Shown: positions 1 through 8,814 of the stretch, piece by piece
How positions within the stretch are numbered: position 1 is the first letter of the stretch
How the letters are laid out: the number at the start of each line of letters is the position of its first letter
IMG/VR virus record: IMGVR_UViG_3300030012_002808
Source: an uncultured virus (IMG/VR IMGVR_UViG_3300030012_002808)
Taxonomy: Duplodnaviria > Heunggongvirae > Uroviricota > Caudoviricetes
DNA: 55,881 bases
Reading direction: 5' to 3' (one strand)
The notes under the pieces: model-generated
Databases searched by the model: none
Seen by the model: only the letters and a program-made list of their open reading frames with translations
Told to the model about the DNA's origin: nothing
Position numbers and translations under genes: made by a program

Positions 1-500
1 TTATAATTCTTAATCATTAACTCAGCTGTTTTTCTTGATAACTGATCTGAATCAGGATCTTCTAAAATTTTTCTATACTTATTAATATCATATTGTTTAG
101 CAATCTTAGCAGGAGTTAAAGATTTTTTTTCATTCTTACCAAAACGTTTTAAAAGTTTTGGGTCTTTTACTTTCATTGATCTAGTATCACTATAGATAAA
201 AGTATCTTCTGGTAAGCTTAAAGGAACACCACCACCACTATGGCGTGGACCTTTTATTATTTTATGTTCTGGAATACCATCACCATTCAAATCACCAAGT
301 ACAGTTTCACCACCTTCAGCCTCAACATTAGCCTCATCTCTAGGTACACTAGTTATAAACTTACTTAAACTTAATGCAGGCTGTTGCATAGACTGAGTAC
401 TTCGCCCACCCATTGCAGCATTATCATTATACAAGCTATAATCTACTTGTTGTCCGACTTTAGCTTTAGGTAATCTTTTTATTCTTACTCTTCTTTTCAT
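1..500 (-). CDS. Putative virion cargo/internal protein, N-terminal part (runs off the window edge)
   Basis: Not in the ORF track. Translated by hand from ATG at 500: MKRRVRIKRLPKAKVGQ...ANVEAEGGETV...GPRHSGGGVPL..., open to the edge. Starts 1 nt after the upstream stop and has the same N-terminal motif as its neighbours. Confidence 0.8.
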   Translation of the reverse strand, partial: MKRRVRIKRLPKAKVGQQVDYSLYNDNAAMGGRSTQSMQQPALSLSKFITSVPRDEANVEAEGGETVLGDLNGDGIPEHKIIKGPRHSGGGVPLSLPEDTFIYSDTRSMKVKDPKLLKRFGKNEKKSLTPAKIAKQYDINKYRKILEDPDSDQLSRKTAELMIKNY

Positions 501-501
501 A

Positions 502-3500
502 CTATATAAAATCTAATTCTACCCCATTGGCAAGTAAATATTCTATTAATTCTTCTGGTAACTCATATTCACCATTTTCTTCAAACTGGTCCATGTAACC
601 ACCCTCTTGCATAAACCTACCGTACTTAGCTGTGTTCATACCAGTACTATCTTCTTGACCCATTTGATCAAAGTTCTGTAAACCAAGTTGCTTACCTCCA
701 ATATCAACCTTATCACCTTTATAAGTTTTAACTGTATTAGCATATAAGTTTTCTGGTCTAGTCATCTCATCATTATAATCAGCATAATCATTCTTTCTAT
801 TAGACCTAGACTTAAGTCCAGCAATACCTCGTATACCAGCTATAGACACATTAGCTAATGCTTCACCATCTGTTACTTTAGTTCTTCTTTTTAATTTGTT
901 TTCAAACATAACCTGTTTACCCTTCTTTTTATTTTTATCATTATACTGATAATTATAAAAATCATTTTGAATAGGATCTACAGCTTGATTAGGATCTACA
1001 GTAATATTATTAGGTTGTGGATCAGGCATGTCTGGTGTATTATTATTCATAAATGCTCCCATACTACCCATCATGCCTTGATTAGGATCTAGGTTAGTAA
1101 TTTCTGCATCAAGATTAACTTCCATATTAGGTTGAGGTGCATTGACACCCATGTTACTAGTAAAACCTCCACTTTGCATTTGAACTGCATCAGCTAAACC
1201 AGGATAACCAATTCTATCATAAAGACTTTCTAAACCATCTTTATATTTTTGCACTCCAATTTTAAGTCTAGTCTTCATATCTAAATCACGATTTGGAAAT
1301 AGTTGATCAGCAAGTCTTCTTCTAGAACCTATGTTAGAACTTTCTCTACTTTTACTTTTATCTTTAAAAGGACTACCTAATAAAAATGGGACATTACCTT
1401 CAGGATTTCTTTTAGCTCTTCTATCAGCTCTGTCTGACTGTCTCTCACCCCTTCTAATTTTTCTTCGCACACTTCCTTTTAAGTCACCATACTTATCTTT
1501 AAAACTTCTTTCTGGAATATCAAAGTTAATTAACTTTTGAGTAGCTTGATTTCTAGAATCTATTTGATTTTCTAGCTCACTAGAATCATCAGATCCAGTA
1601 GTATAATAATCAATATACTTTTTAGGCATACCCCTTCTATTAGTTTTAAGAACCTCTCTTCTCAATGGAGTAAGTTCATTCATAGGACCTGTATAATCAG
1701 TTTTAGTTTTTATATAAGGCATTCTACCAAACATCCTATTAGCTGGAAATAACATATCACGTAAAGCACCTCTTCTACCACTAAATGTACCATAAGGAAC
1801 CGTTTGTCTATTATAGTTTATAGTAGCTTTTCTAATAGGGTAACCTTCATAAGGATCAACAGCATTTTTTTCAGCCTGTCCAGCATTCATAAATGCTTTT
1901 GCTACCTTATATGCAGCACCACCTTTTTGTGCCATTGGTGTATCTTCCATTTCACCACCCTCTTGTTTTATTTTACCTAAAGAAAAATGTGGTACAACCC
2001 AATCATAATTAGTCTCAGGTGATTTTAAACCAAGTCCAAAATTAGAATTAAGCATGCCGTCTCTAGTAATAAAAGGTAAATCTTTTGGTACTTGATCTGC
2101 TGACATACTGCCTGGTTTATATTCTAATACTGGATAATCAAAATTCATATCTCTACCAGTTAGGTTTGACATATTTTCTAAATTAGTCATATAATAATCC
2201 CTTCTTAATTTAGAATAATCTCCAGCAATCTTAGCTTGTGCTTTAGCTTGTTCTGCAGGAGATAAACCTTGAAACTTTAAATCATAAATATCATCATACA
2301 TTTTTTTACCAAAGTATCCCTCAGTTAAAAAATCTTTACCTGAAAGTCTATTGTAACCAGTAAAAATGGGACTTTCAAATATACCATAACGTTCAGGGTT
2401 CTGTAACATTCTAGCAAAATGACCATCTTGCATTAATTTAGAATCAATAGTAAGATCATCTGATCCTGTACCAATAGACCCTATAGGTAAATTATCTATA
2501 TTACGCATTTGCTGTTTTGAAGCATATGCTAAAGCGGCAGGACTTTTATAGTTATAAGAAAACAATGAAGGTACAATATTAGCACTTGGTATACCTAAAG
2601 CTTCAAAACCACTTTTACCTTGAGAAGGCATACGAGTAGGATTTTTCATCAACATTTCAAATCTATTTACAGCTTGTTCAGGAGTAAGATTATATAGTTC
2701 TAGTTGACTCATCATATCATCAACATCGCCATCTAAGGTTTCAAAATGGTTGCTATCATCTAAAGACTTAACATTTTTTAAGCTAAGAGGATTATACATT
2801 TCATCTAAGAAAGCAGCCTGACTTCTTAATGGACCACGACCTTGTGCTATAGCTCTGAATATACCCTCCCTAGACATCATACCAGGATAAAGTACTTGAA
2901 GATCTTCATCTAATACATGGCTGGTTTTTGGAGAGTTTAGTTTTTTCTTTAATATATTATCATTTGCAGTTTCCATGAAGTTTTTATCTCTAATCAAACC
3001 TCTAATTTGCTGCAATCTTTTTAATTCATCTTTAGGAATTTTATTAAAACTTTTAACAGGTTGTAAATCTTTATAAACTTTTAAAGCATTTCTTATAATC
3101 TTACCTCTCTGAGCTTTAGGCATTTCAGAATTTTCTTCTTGAACTAAACCATCTGCCATTTCCATAACTTTAGGGTCACCTAATTTATTAGCGTTATTAT
3201 AAATCTCTTCACCCAATGCTTTTGTAGAAAGATTTTTTAAACTTTTTGTAAAATCAGACTTTCTTTTACTAATTTCATTTGTTAAAGTATCCTGTCTATT
3301 ACCAGTACCTATAGTTTCTGAATCACCACCTTCTTGTTTTTTAAGCAATGACTTGACAAATTTTCCTTTTGTCATACCACCATATGACATCATAGTTAAA
3401 TCATCCCAACTAATATTATCTGGACTAATATATTCAGATAATGTTGGAAATCTTATATCCATTATAGGACTTTGCATACCATCCATATACTGATCAAAGG

Positions 3501-4401
3501 ACATTTCTGGCTGCGGCTCTTCAGCTTGACCACCTTCTTGTAATCTATTGTTAAAATAAGTTCTATTACTGTACCTTCTTTTACCTCGACCTTTATTGCC
3601 AAACGCATTAGCAAAGAAGTTATTTACCGCACTATTACGAGCACGTTGTCTTTTCATGCGCGGAGCTCTTTGTGATTCTGTAGGTGTAGATTCTGTGGGT
3701 GTAGGTATAGATGCAGTTGGTTGTTCAGATATAGGAGGCGACAATGGTGGTGGTGAAATACTTGGACCACTAGTAGCGGGACCTATATTTGCACTTGCAC
3801 CACTTTGATAAGCACCTCTATTACTTAACATACTTTGTCTTAACTTCTGCTGTAACATCTCATTCTCATCACTAGATGGTTCAAAAGATAAATTAGGATC
3901 AAATTTAATTGAACCAACTCCACCACCTTGTTGCATAGATAACTCAGAAGTTTCATCTTGTGCCATCATTTCTTCTTGATCACCCTCAGAGTAACCATCT
4001 TCTTGATAAGGTTGTTCTGACTGAGTTAAGTCTGTCATTTCTTCTGGTATGCTAGCAGGCTGTGGAGCAGTTTGATCTTGACTTTGATCTGATACTTTCT
4101 TAGCCATCTTTTCAAAGTACTGTGGATCAAATAAACCAGCCTCAATCATTTTACTTATTACCTCTGACATCAAAGCACCTGCCATTTTTTTCTCCATACC
4201 TGATGTTAAAAGATTTGCATAAACTTCTTCAGGTTTTATATTTGCACGTAGCTGTGCAAATACATTTCTAGCATAAGTATCTCTTATAGCACGTTCTGTA
4301 ATACCGCCTCCCATTTGAAATTTAGACAAAAACTTTTTTGTCTTATTTATATAAGCACCTTTATTATCTGGCGACTTATAAATCTTTACTCTTTTTTTCA
4401 T
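502..4401 (-). CDS. 1299-aa modular putative virion cargo protein with about 10 QxGG-type motifs
   Basis: Long ORF downstream of the tail stabilisation gene. Motifs FQMGG, MQQGG, LQEGG, KQEGG x2, PKAQRG, AQKGG, MQSGG, MQEGG. Acidic C-terminal motif. Confidence 0.7.
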   Translation of the reverse strand: MKKRVKIYKSPDNKGAYINKTKKFLSKFQMGGGITERAIRDTYARNVFAQLRANIKPEEVYANLLTSGMEKKMAGALMSEVISKMIEAGLFDPQYFEKMAKKVSDQSQDQTAPQPASIPEEMTDLTQSEQPYQEDGYSEGDQEEMMAQDETSELSMQQGGGVGSIKFDPNLSFEPSSDENEMLQQKLRQSMLSNRGAYQSGASANIGPATSGPSISPPPLSPPISEQPTASIPTPTESTPTESQRAPRMKRQRARNSAVNNFFANAFGNKGRGKRRYSNRTYFNNRLQEGGQAEEPQPEMSFDQYMDGMQSPIMDIRFPTLSEYISPDNISWDDLTMMSYGGMTKGKFVKSLLKKQEGGDSETIGTGNRQDTLTNEISKRKSDFTKSLKNLSTKALGEEIYNNANKLGDPKVMEMADGLVQEENSEMPKAQRGKIIRNALKVYKDLQPVKSFNKIPKDELKRLQQIRGLIRDKNFMETANDNILKKKLNSPKTSHVLDEDLQVLYPGMMSREGIFRAIAQGRGPLRSQAAFLDEMYNPLSLKNVKSLDDSNHFETLDGDVDDMMSQLELYNLTPEQAVNRFEMLMKNPTRMPSQGKSGFEALGIPSANIVPSLFSYNYKSPAALAYASKQQMRNIDNLPIGSIGTGSDDLTIDSKLMQDGHFARMLQNPERYGIFESPIFTGYNRLSGKDFLTEGYFGKKMYDDIYDLKFQGLSPAEQAKAQAKIAGDYSKLRRDYYMTNLENMSNLTGRDMNFDYPVLEYKPGSMSADQVPKDLPFITRDGMLNSNFGLGLKSPETNYDWVVPHFSLGKIKQEGGEMEDTPMAQKGGAAYKVAKAFMNAGQAEKNAVDPYEGYPIRKATINYNRQTVPYGTFSGRRGALRDMLFPANRMFGRMPYIKTKTDYTGPMNELTPLRREVLKTNRRGMPKKYIDYYTTGSDDSSELENQIDSRNQATQKLINFDIPERSFKDKYGDLKGSVRRKIRRGERQSDRADRRAKRNPEGNVPFLLGSPFKDKSKSRESSNIGSRRRLADQLFPNRDLDMKTRLKIGVQKYKDGLESLYDRIGYPGLADAVQMQSGGFTSNMGVNAPQPNMEVNLDAEITNLDPNQGMMGSMGAFMNNNTPDMPDPQPNNITVDPNQAVDPIQNDFYNYQYNDKNKKKGKQVMFENKLKRRTKVTDGEALANVSIAGIRGIAGLKSRSNRKNDYADYNDEMTRPENLYANTVKTYKGDKVDIGGKQLGLQNFDQMGQEDSTGMNTAKYGRFMQEGGYMDQFEENGEYELPEELIEYLLANGVELDFI

Positions 4402-4417
4402 AGGTAATAATATATAT

Positions 4418-4430
4418 TAATATACTAAAA
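4418..4430 (-). promoter_or_regulatory. Putative late promoter (TTTTAGTATATTA)
   Basis: Copy of the recurring intergenic motif, about 17 nt upstream of the ATG at 4401. Confidence 0.6.
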
Positions 4431-4458
4431 TTTAAATTAATGTTTAAACTATAAAAGT

Positions 4459-7400
4459 TTACATATCCTCAACAATATACCCTTGTTTAACTAAGTTATC
4501 TATTTCTTTTTGAGTTAATTCTGTTTCTACAGAACCTCCCTTTTGAAACTCAGGTATACCACCATATTCAAGAATACCTTTCTTTCTTAAAAATTGTTTA
4601 AATCTACCATCCATTTTTTTTCTTTTGCCAAACAAACCTTGACCTTTTCTAATAGAATTATTATATCTTCTTTTACCTCCTAAACCTTGACCACTACCAG
4701 ACAAAGCTCCTTTAGAAAATTGAAGACCTCTTCTTATAGGTTTATACGGGATTCTAGATGGGTTTGGATTTATATCTGATGGCATTACACTTTCACCTTC
4801 TGTATCCCAGATCTCAGTTACTGTAAAGTCTTCAGGATCTATATCTTCTCTTGGCTCTGGTGTATAATCAAATGTTCCTGGTTCTATTATATCAAGAGGT
4901 TCTATTTCAATTTCTGGTTCAGGCTCTGGTTCTGGTTCTGGTTCTGGTTCAGGAATTACCTCTTCAGGTATTTCTTCTACTATAAGTTCTTCTTCTGGTT
5001 CTTCTATAAATTCATCAAAATCATCAAAGAAAAGATTGTGACAACCCCCTTCAGCCTTACACATATACTTTTTAGTTATATCCCATTTACCAGGAACAAC
5101 TGCAGGACTAAAGTTTCCTTGATAATAAGGGTTAGGTCTATACTTTACACACTCTACACCGTTCCAAACTTCACCTGGACCACAATCTTTAACATTACCA
5201 CCTTTACTTAATAATGGTCTCTTCTTACCTTCAGGGAATCTAAAATCTGTTTTCATTACACCAAAGTGAGGTATTATAATTGAATTCTCTCGCATCATAA
5301 AGTCATATGGATTAGTTATATATGATGAATGGGAATTCTGAGCATCCAATGTTTGAAAAACAGGTAACCTATCTCTTTCAGGAATACCTTGTTTATCATA
5401 CATGTCATTCAATTGTTTTTGAAGATATTGAGACCTAATATCTAATTGATCACTTCTTCTTATACCTAAAGAGTTATCCATTAATAAACTAGCTAAGTCA
5501 CCCATTGAGTTAGCTGGGTAATAACCTAAAAACATAGGGTAAGGAAGTACATTTGGTAATCTACCTGGTATTGTAGGATCTGTACCTTTAGTAGCTCTAA
5601 ATATTCTACCCAGCTGCATAGCATAAGAATCGTCAGATGTATCTAAAGAACCTGTGACAATAGTATTTGGCTTTGCACCATAAAAACCTCGATTAAGTCT
5701 TTCTTGAAAAAAATTAAATAATTCTCTATCAGTACCGTATCTATTTCTAAATAATGAAGGCACCGCTTGTTTTATTTGAAGATTTCTATGGAAATCTGTC
5801 ATATTATTAAATCTACTTAATGGTTGTTCACCAGGTAATAGAGTTAAAGAATCTAATACAGAACTAGGCGTCTGGTTTAAACTACCACCATCAAGAGTAC
5901 CTAATGTTTCCATCCGTCTTATAGCTTCATCACCACCAATAGTCCTCGCTGGTACATATTCAGGTTTTGTAAGATTTCTACTAGTAGTATGTTGTATTGC
6001 TTGATCCAAAATGTCTATAAGCTCTTCTTTAGATTTTTCTTGTATTAGCCTTTTTGCTTTATTTATTCTCTCTTGACTAGGTTCTAACCAACCCTCACTA
6101 TTAGGAACCAAGAGTCCTTTGTTAAAATGTGAGTTTGTTAATAAACCTGCTACCTCATCTTTAGTAATATTTGAGTTCATCAAAACCTTCCGTAATTTTT
6201 TACGGTTAGCATTCATTTGTATATCTTGAAATCTTTTTATTTCTGGATTTGTAAAAGTTCCTGATACATTAGTTGGTACACCAGTATAACCATAACCTAC
6301 CATCAGGTCAGTAAGAGCCTTATACTTATCAAAAGTTCTCTGATCCATCATAGGTGAAACAATAGTATTTGGTAATATTGTAGGAAGTTCTTCTTTAAAT
6401 TTAGATAATGTTTTTATAACCCTTCCTGCTTGACCTTTAGGTAATGTTTTTATTTTTCCATTATGAGTTCTTGCATATCTATTATTTTCATCTTCCATAC
6501 TAGGTATTAAAGTTCCTGAATATGATTTACCTTTAAAGTTCCAAGATACATTACCACCCTTTTGAAAATCTTCAGGCTGCTCTAATTCAGGTTGCATTCT
6601 ATAATTAGTAGTAAGCTCTTCTCCTGGTTCTAGATCTCTATTAGCAAAAACATATCTTTCATTTCCAATTTTTTTACTAAACATTGTTGGGGAATCTTCA
6701 TTATGATTATGCATCCTGCCTAATTTAGATGCGGGCTGATCATCTCTATGAGCTAAACCAATCATATCACCTTTTTTAAAACTTCTAGTAGTAAACATAC
6801 CATCACCAGCACCTTTTATTTTAGATTTAGATTGAGCTATCCCCCCATCTTTTACCATTGGTACTTCAAGTACTCTATCACCTGGAAACTCATAGTTCAT
6901 ATCTGGCATCATCATTGTGCTATTACCTAAATTATCTACACCCATAACTGGAAAATCAACATCTTCCATAGTTATATTATTTGAGTCAATGATATTAAAA
7001 GGATTATTTATATCAGGACTACCTGACTTATAACCTTCTGTAGAATAAATACCACCTTTTTTAAAATTTTTTATTGTCTGTTTAGCAGTATTCTTAAGAT
7101 CTTTTATATTTTTTTCAGCGTCATTATAAAGCTCTGCACCTTTAGTAAAAACCCCTTCCATAACTGGCATTGCTATATCATCAAACGATAATGGTAACAT
7201 AGCTGATTCTAATGCAACACCACCAAAAGCTGGATTATTAAAATTACCACTCATATAATTTTTAGCACCTTCATTTAAACCCGTAGCTGAGTTGACTGTA
7301 AACGGTTTAAATTTAAAATTTCTAAGAGCTTTTGGATTCAGTAATTTATCAGCAGATCTAACACCCTTTTTCAAACCATCTGCTAAAAACTTTTTACCAC

Positions 7401-8814
7401 CAAGTGCTCTACCAAAAGTTAAATTCATTGCAGGTGCTAAAAAATCTGATGCGCCAATATCTGCATCAGGTGTATTATAAGAATAGGTTGCAATATTACC
7501 CAAACCTTTAAGACCATCTGCAAACAATTGCGCAGCTCTAATTGGACCCAAGAAGGGTGTAATATAAGAAGCCCCATCCAAAGCTTGCATCATCAGATTA
7601 TCTTTCCAAATACCAGCGGCAGGATCTTCCTCTTGCATACGGTCAGTATTACCGTATTTATATAAATGACCAAGTGCATCAATAGGGTGTAAAAACTTAG
7701 TAAGCGTAGAAGCTTTTCTATAAGGATTTTTAATATTCCAAGATGCTTTATTTCTAGCTGACTCTTCATCACTTATACCTCTTATATGATGACCTCTATC
7801 AAACCACTGACCATCTGGACCCAGAGTCATGCCAGCATCCAGCATTTTTTTAGCCTCAATTAATTCTAAATCTGCATCATAACTACCTTCTACATCTTTA
7901 AGAATTGCAATCTTTTGAGCTTTAGAGAGACTACTATCATTAGCAATTTTTCTTTGAAAATCAATAAGTTTCATACCCCTATCTTTAAGATCACCACTTA
8001 AATTTTGTAAGTTAGCAGCTTCTTCTTCAAGATCTAATGTTCTTTCACGATAAGGGGCAAAAGTATCTGATGTAGCAACATTTCTCTCATAATCAGATAA
8101 ATTACTATCAAATTCAGACTGAGCTTCCTTAGCTCTTTTATCTTCTTCTTTAGCAGCATCTGTATAAATATTTGTAATATCATTAGTCAGACCAGAACCA
8201 GTATAATATTTAAGGATTTCATCTTGAGTTTCATCTGTGTAATCACCAAAATATTTTTCTAATGATTTAGCATCCTTACCCATTCCTTGTTTGAGTAATT
8301 TATCAATTATTTCTTCTTTAGTTTTACCTTCCTGTAATTCTTTAAGAATTGTTGTTTTATTTCCTAATTCATAATTAGCTTTATGTAGATCAAAAATATT
8401 TTGAAAAGATTTAGAAAGAAGATTCTTTTTACTAATACCCATATTCTCAAACTCTTTAGCTGTAGCACCTCTATTATAAATAGCATCTGCAATAGAATTT
8501 GGATCATATGCTTGGAAACCTGAAACCTGCTCACTACCGTCATCACCTTTAGTATAATTTGGAGAAAGAAAAACACCAAGCACAGGAAAGCCATCTTCAC
8601 CTGGACGGTTTATATATTCAGAAAAACCATCCATAGTTGGTTGTACATCAGAGTCTAAAGAACTTGAGTATTCATTATATAGGCGTTCTATAAATTTATT
8701 ATCTAAACCTATAGCATCAGTATAAATTTTACCCTCACCATCTTGATAAGGCTTGACCTCAAACCTACCTCCATTTTGCATTCTAGGTAATGCTGTTATT
8801 CTATACTTTTTCAT
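4459..8814 (-). CDS. 1451-aa modular putative cargo protein with SET domain, Tudor-like domain and (PE)7 linker
   Basis: SET motifs GAGDGMF, FKKGDMI, RMHNHN, LEPGEELTTNY. Modules bounded by MQNGG, FKKGG, VKDGG, FQKGG, PKGQAG, LSKGG, EYGG/FQKGG. Confidence 0.75.
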   Translation of the reverse strand: MKKYRITALPRMQNGGRFEVKPYQDGEGKIYTDAIGLDNKFIERLYNEYSSSLDSDVQPTMDGFSEYINRPGEDGFPVLGVFLSPNYTKGDDGSEQVSGFQAYDPNSIADAIYNRGATAKEFENMGISKKNLLSKSFQNIFDLHKANYELGNKTTILKELQEGKTKEEIIDKLLKQGMGKDAKSLEKYFGDYTDETQDEILKYYTGSGLTNDITNIYTDAAKEEDKRAKEAQSEFDSNLSDYERNVATSDTFAPYRERTLDLEEEAANLQNLSGDLKDRGMKLIDFQRKIANDSSLSKAQKIAILKDVEGSYDADLELIEAKKMLDAGMTLGPDGQWFDRGHHIRGISDEESARNKASWNIKNPYRKASTLTKFLHPIDALGHLYKYGNTDRMQEEDPAAGIWKDNLMMQALDGASYITPFLGPIRAAQLFADGLKGLGNIATYSYNTPDADIGASDFLAPAMNLTFGRALGGKKFLADGLKKGVRSADKLLNPKALRNFKFKPFTVNSATGLNEGAKNYMSGNFNNPAFGGVALESAMLPLSFDDIAMPVMEGVFTKGAELYNDAEKNIKDLKNTAKQTIKNFKKGGIYSTEGYKSGSPDINNPFNIIDSNNITMEDVDFPVMGVDNLGNSTMMMPDMNYEFPGDRVLEVPMVKDGGIAQSKSKIKGAGDGMFTTRSFKKGDMIGLAHRDDQPASKLGRMHNHNEDSPTMFSKKIGNERYVFANRDLEPGEELTTNYRMQPELEQPEDFQKGGNVSWNFKGKSYSGTLIPSMEDENNRYARTHNGKIKTLPKGQAGRVIKTLSKFKEELPTILPNTIVSPMMDQRTFDKYKALTDLMVGYGYTGVPTNVSGTFTNPEIKRFQDIQMNANRKKLRKVLMNSNITKDEVAGLLTNSHFNKGLLVPNSEGWLEPSQERINKAKRLIQEKSKEELIDILDQAIQHTTSRNLTKPEYVPARTIGGDEAIRRMETLGTLDGGSLNQTPSSVLDSLTLLPGEQPLSRFNNMTDFHRNLQIKQAVPSLFRNRYGTDRELFNFFQERLNRGFYGAKPNTIVTGSLDTSDDSYAMQLGRIFRATKGTDPTIPGRLPNVLPYPMFLGYYPANSMGDLASLLMDNSLGIRRSDQLDIRSQYLQKQLNDMYDKQGIPERDRLPVFQTLDAQNSHSSYITNPYDFMMRENSIIIPHFGVMKTDFRFPEGKKRPLLSKGGNVKDCGPGEVWNGVECVKYRPNPYYQGNFSPAVVPGKWDITKKYMCKAEGGCHNLFFDDFDEFIEEPEEELIVEEIPEEVIPEPEPEPEPEPEPEIEIEPLDIIEPGTFDYTPEPREDIDPEDFTVTEIWDTEGESVMPSDINPNPSRIPYKPIRRGLQFSKGALSGSGQGLGGKRRYNNSIRKGQGLFGKRKKMDGRFKQFLRKKGILEYGGIPEFQKGGSVETELTQKEIDNLVKQGYIVEDM
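4912..4953 (-). repeat. Hexanucleotide repeat encoding (Pro-Glu)7
   Basis: TTCTGG-type tandem units on the + strand; protein reads IPEPEPEPEPEPEPEI. Confidence 0.9.
6553..6840 (-). other. SET domain (protein-lysine methyltransferase fold) within the 1451-aa ORF
   Basis: Four canonical SET motifs in order: GxG, (I/F)KKG(E/D)xI, RxxNH, GEELTx(D/N)Y with the catalytic Tyr. Confidence 0.85.
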
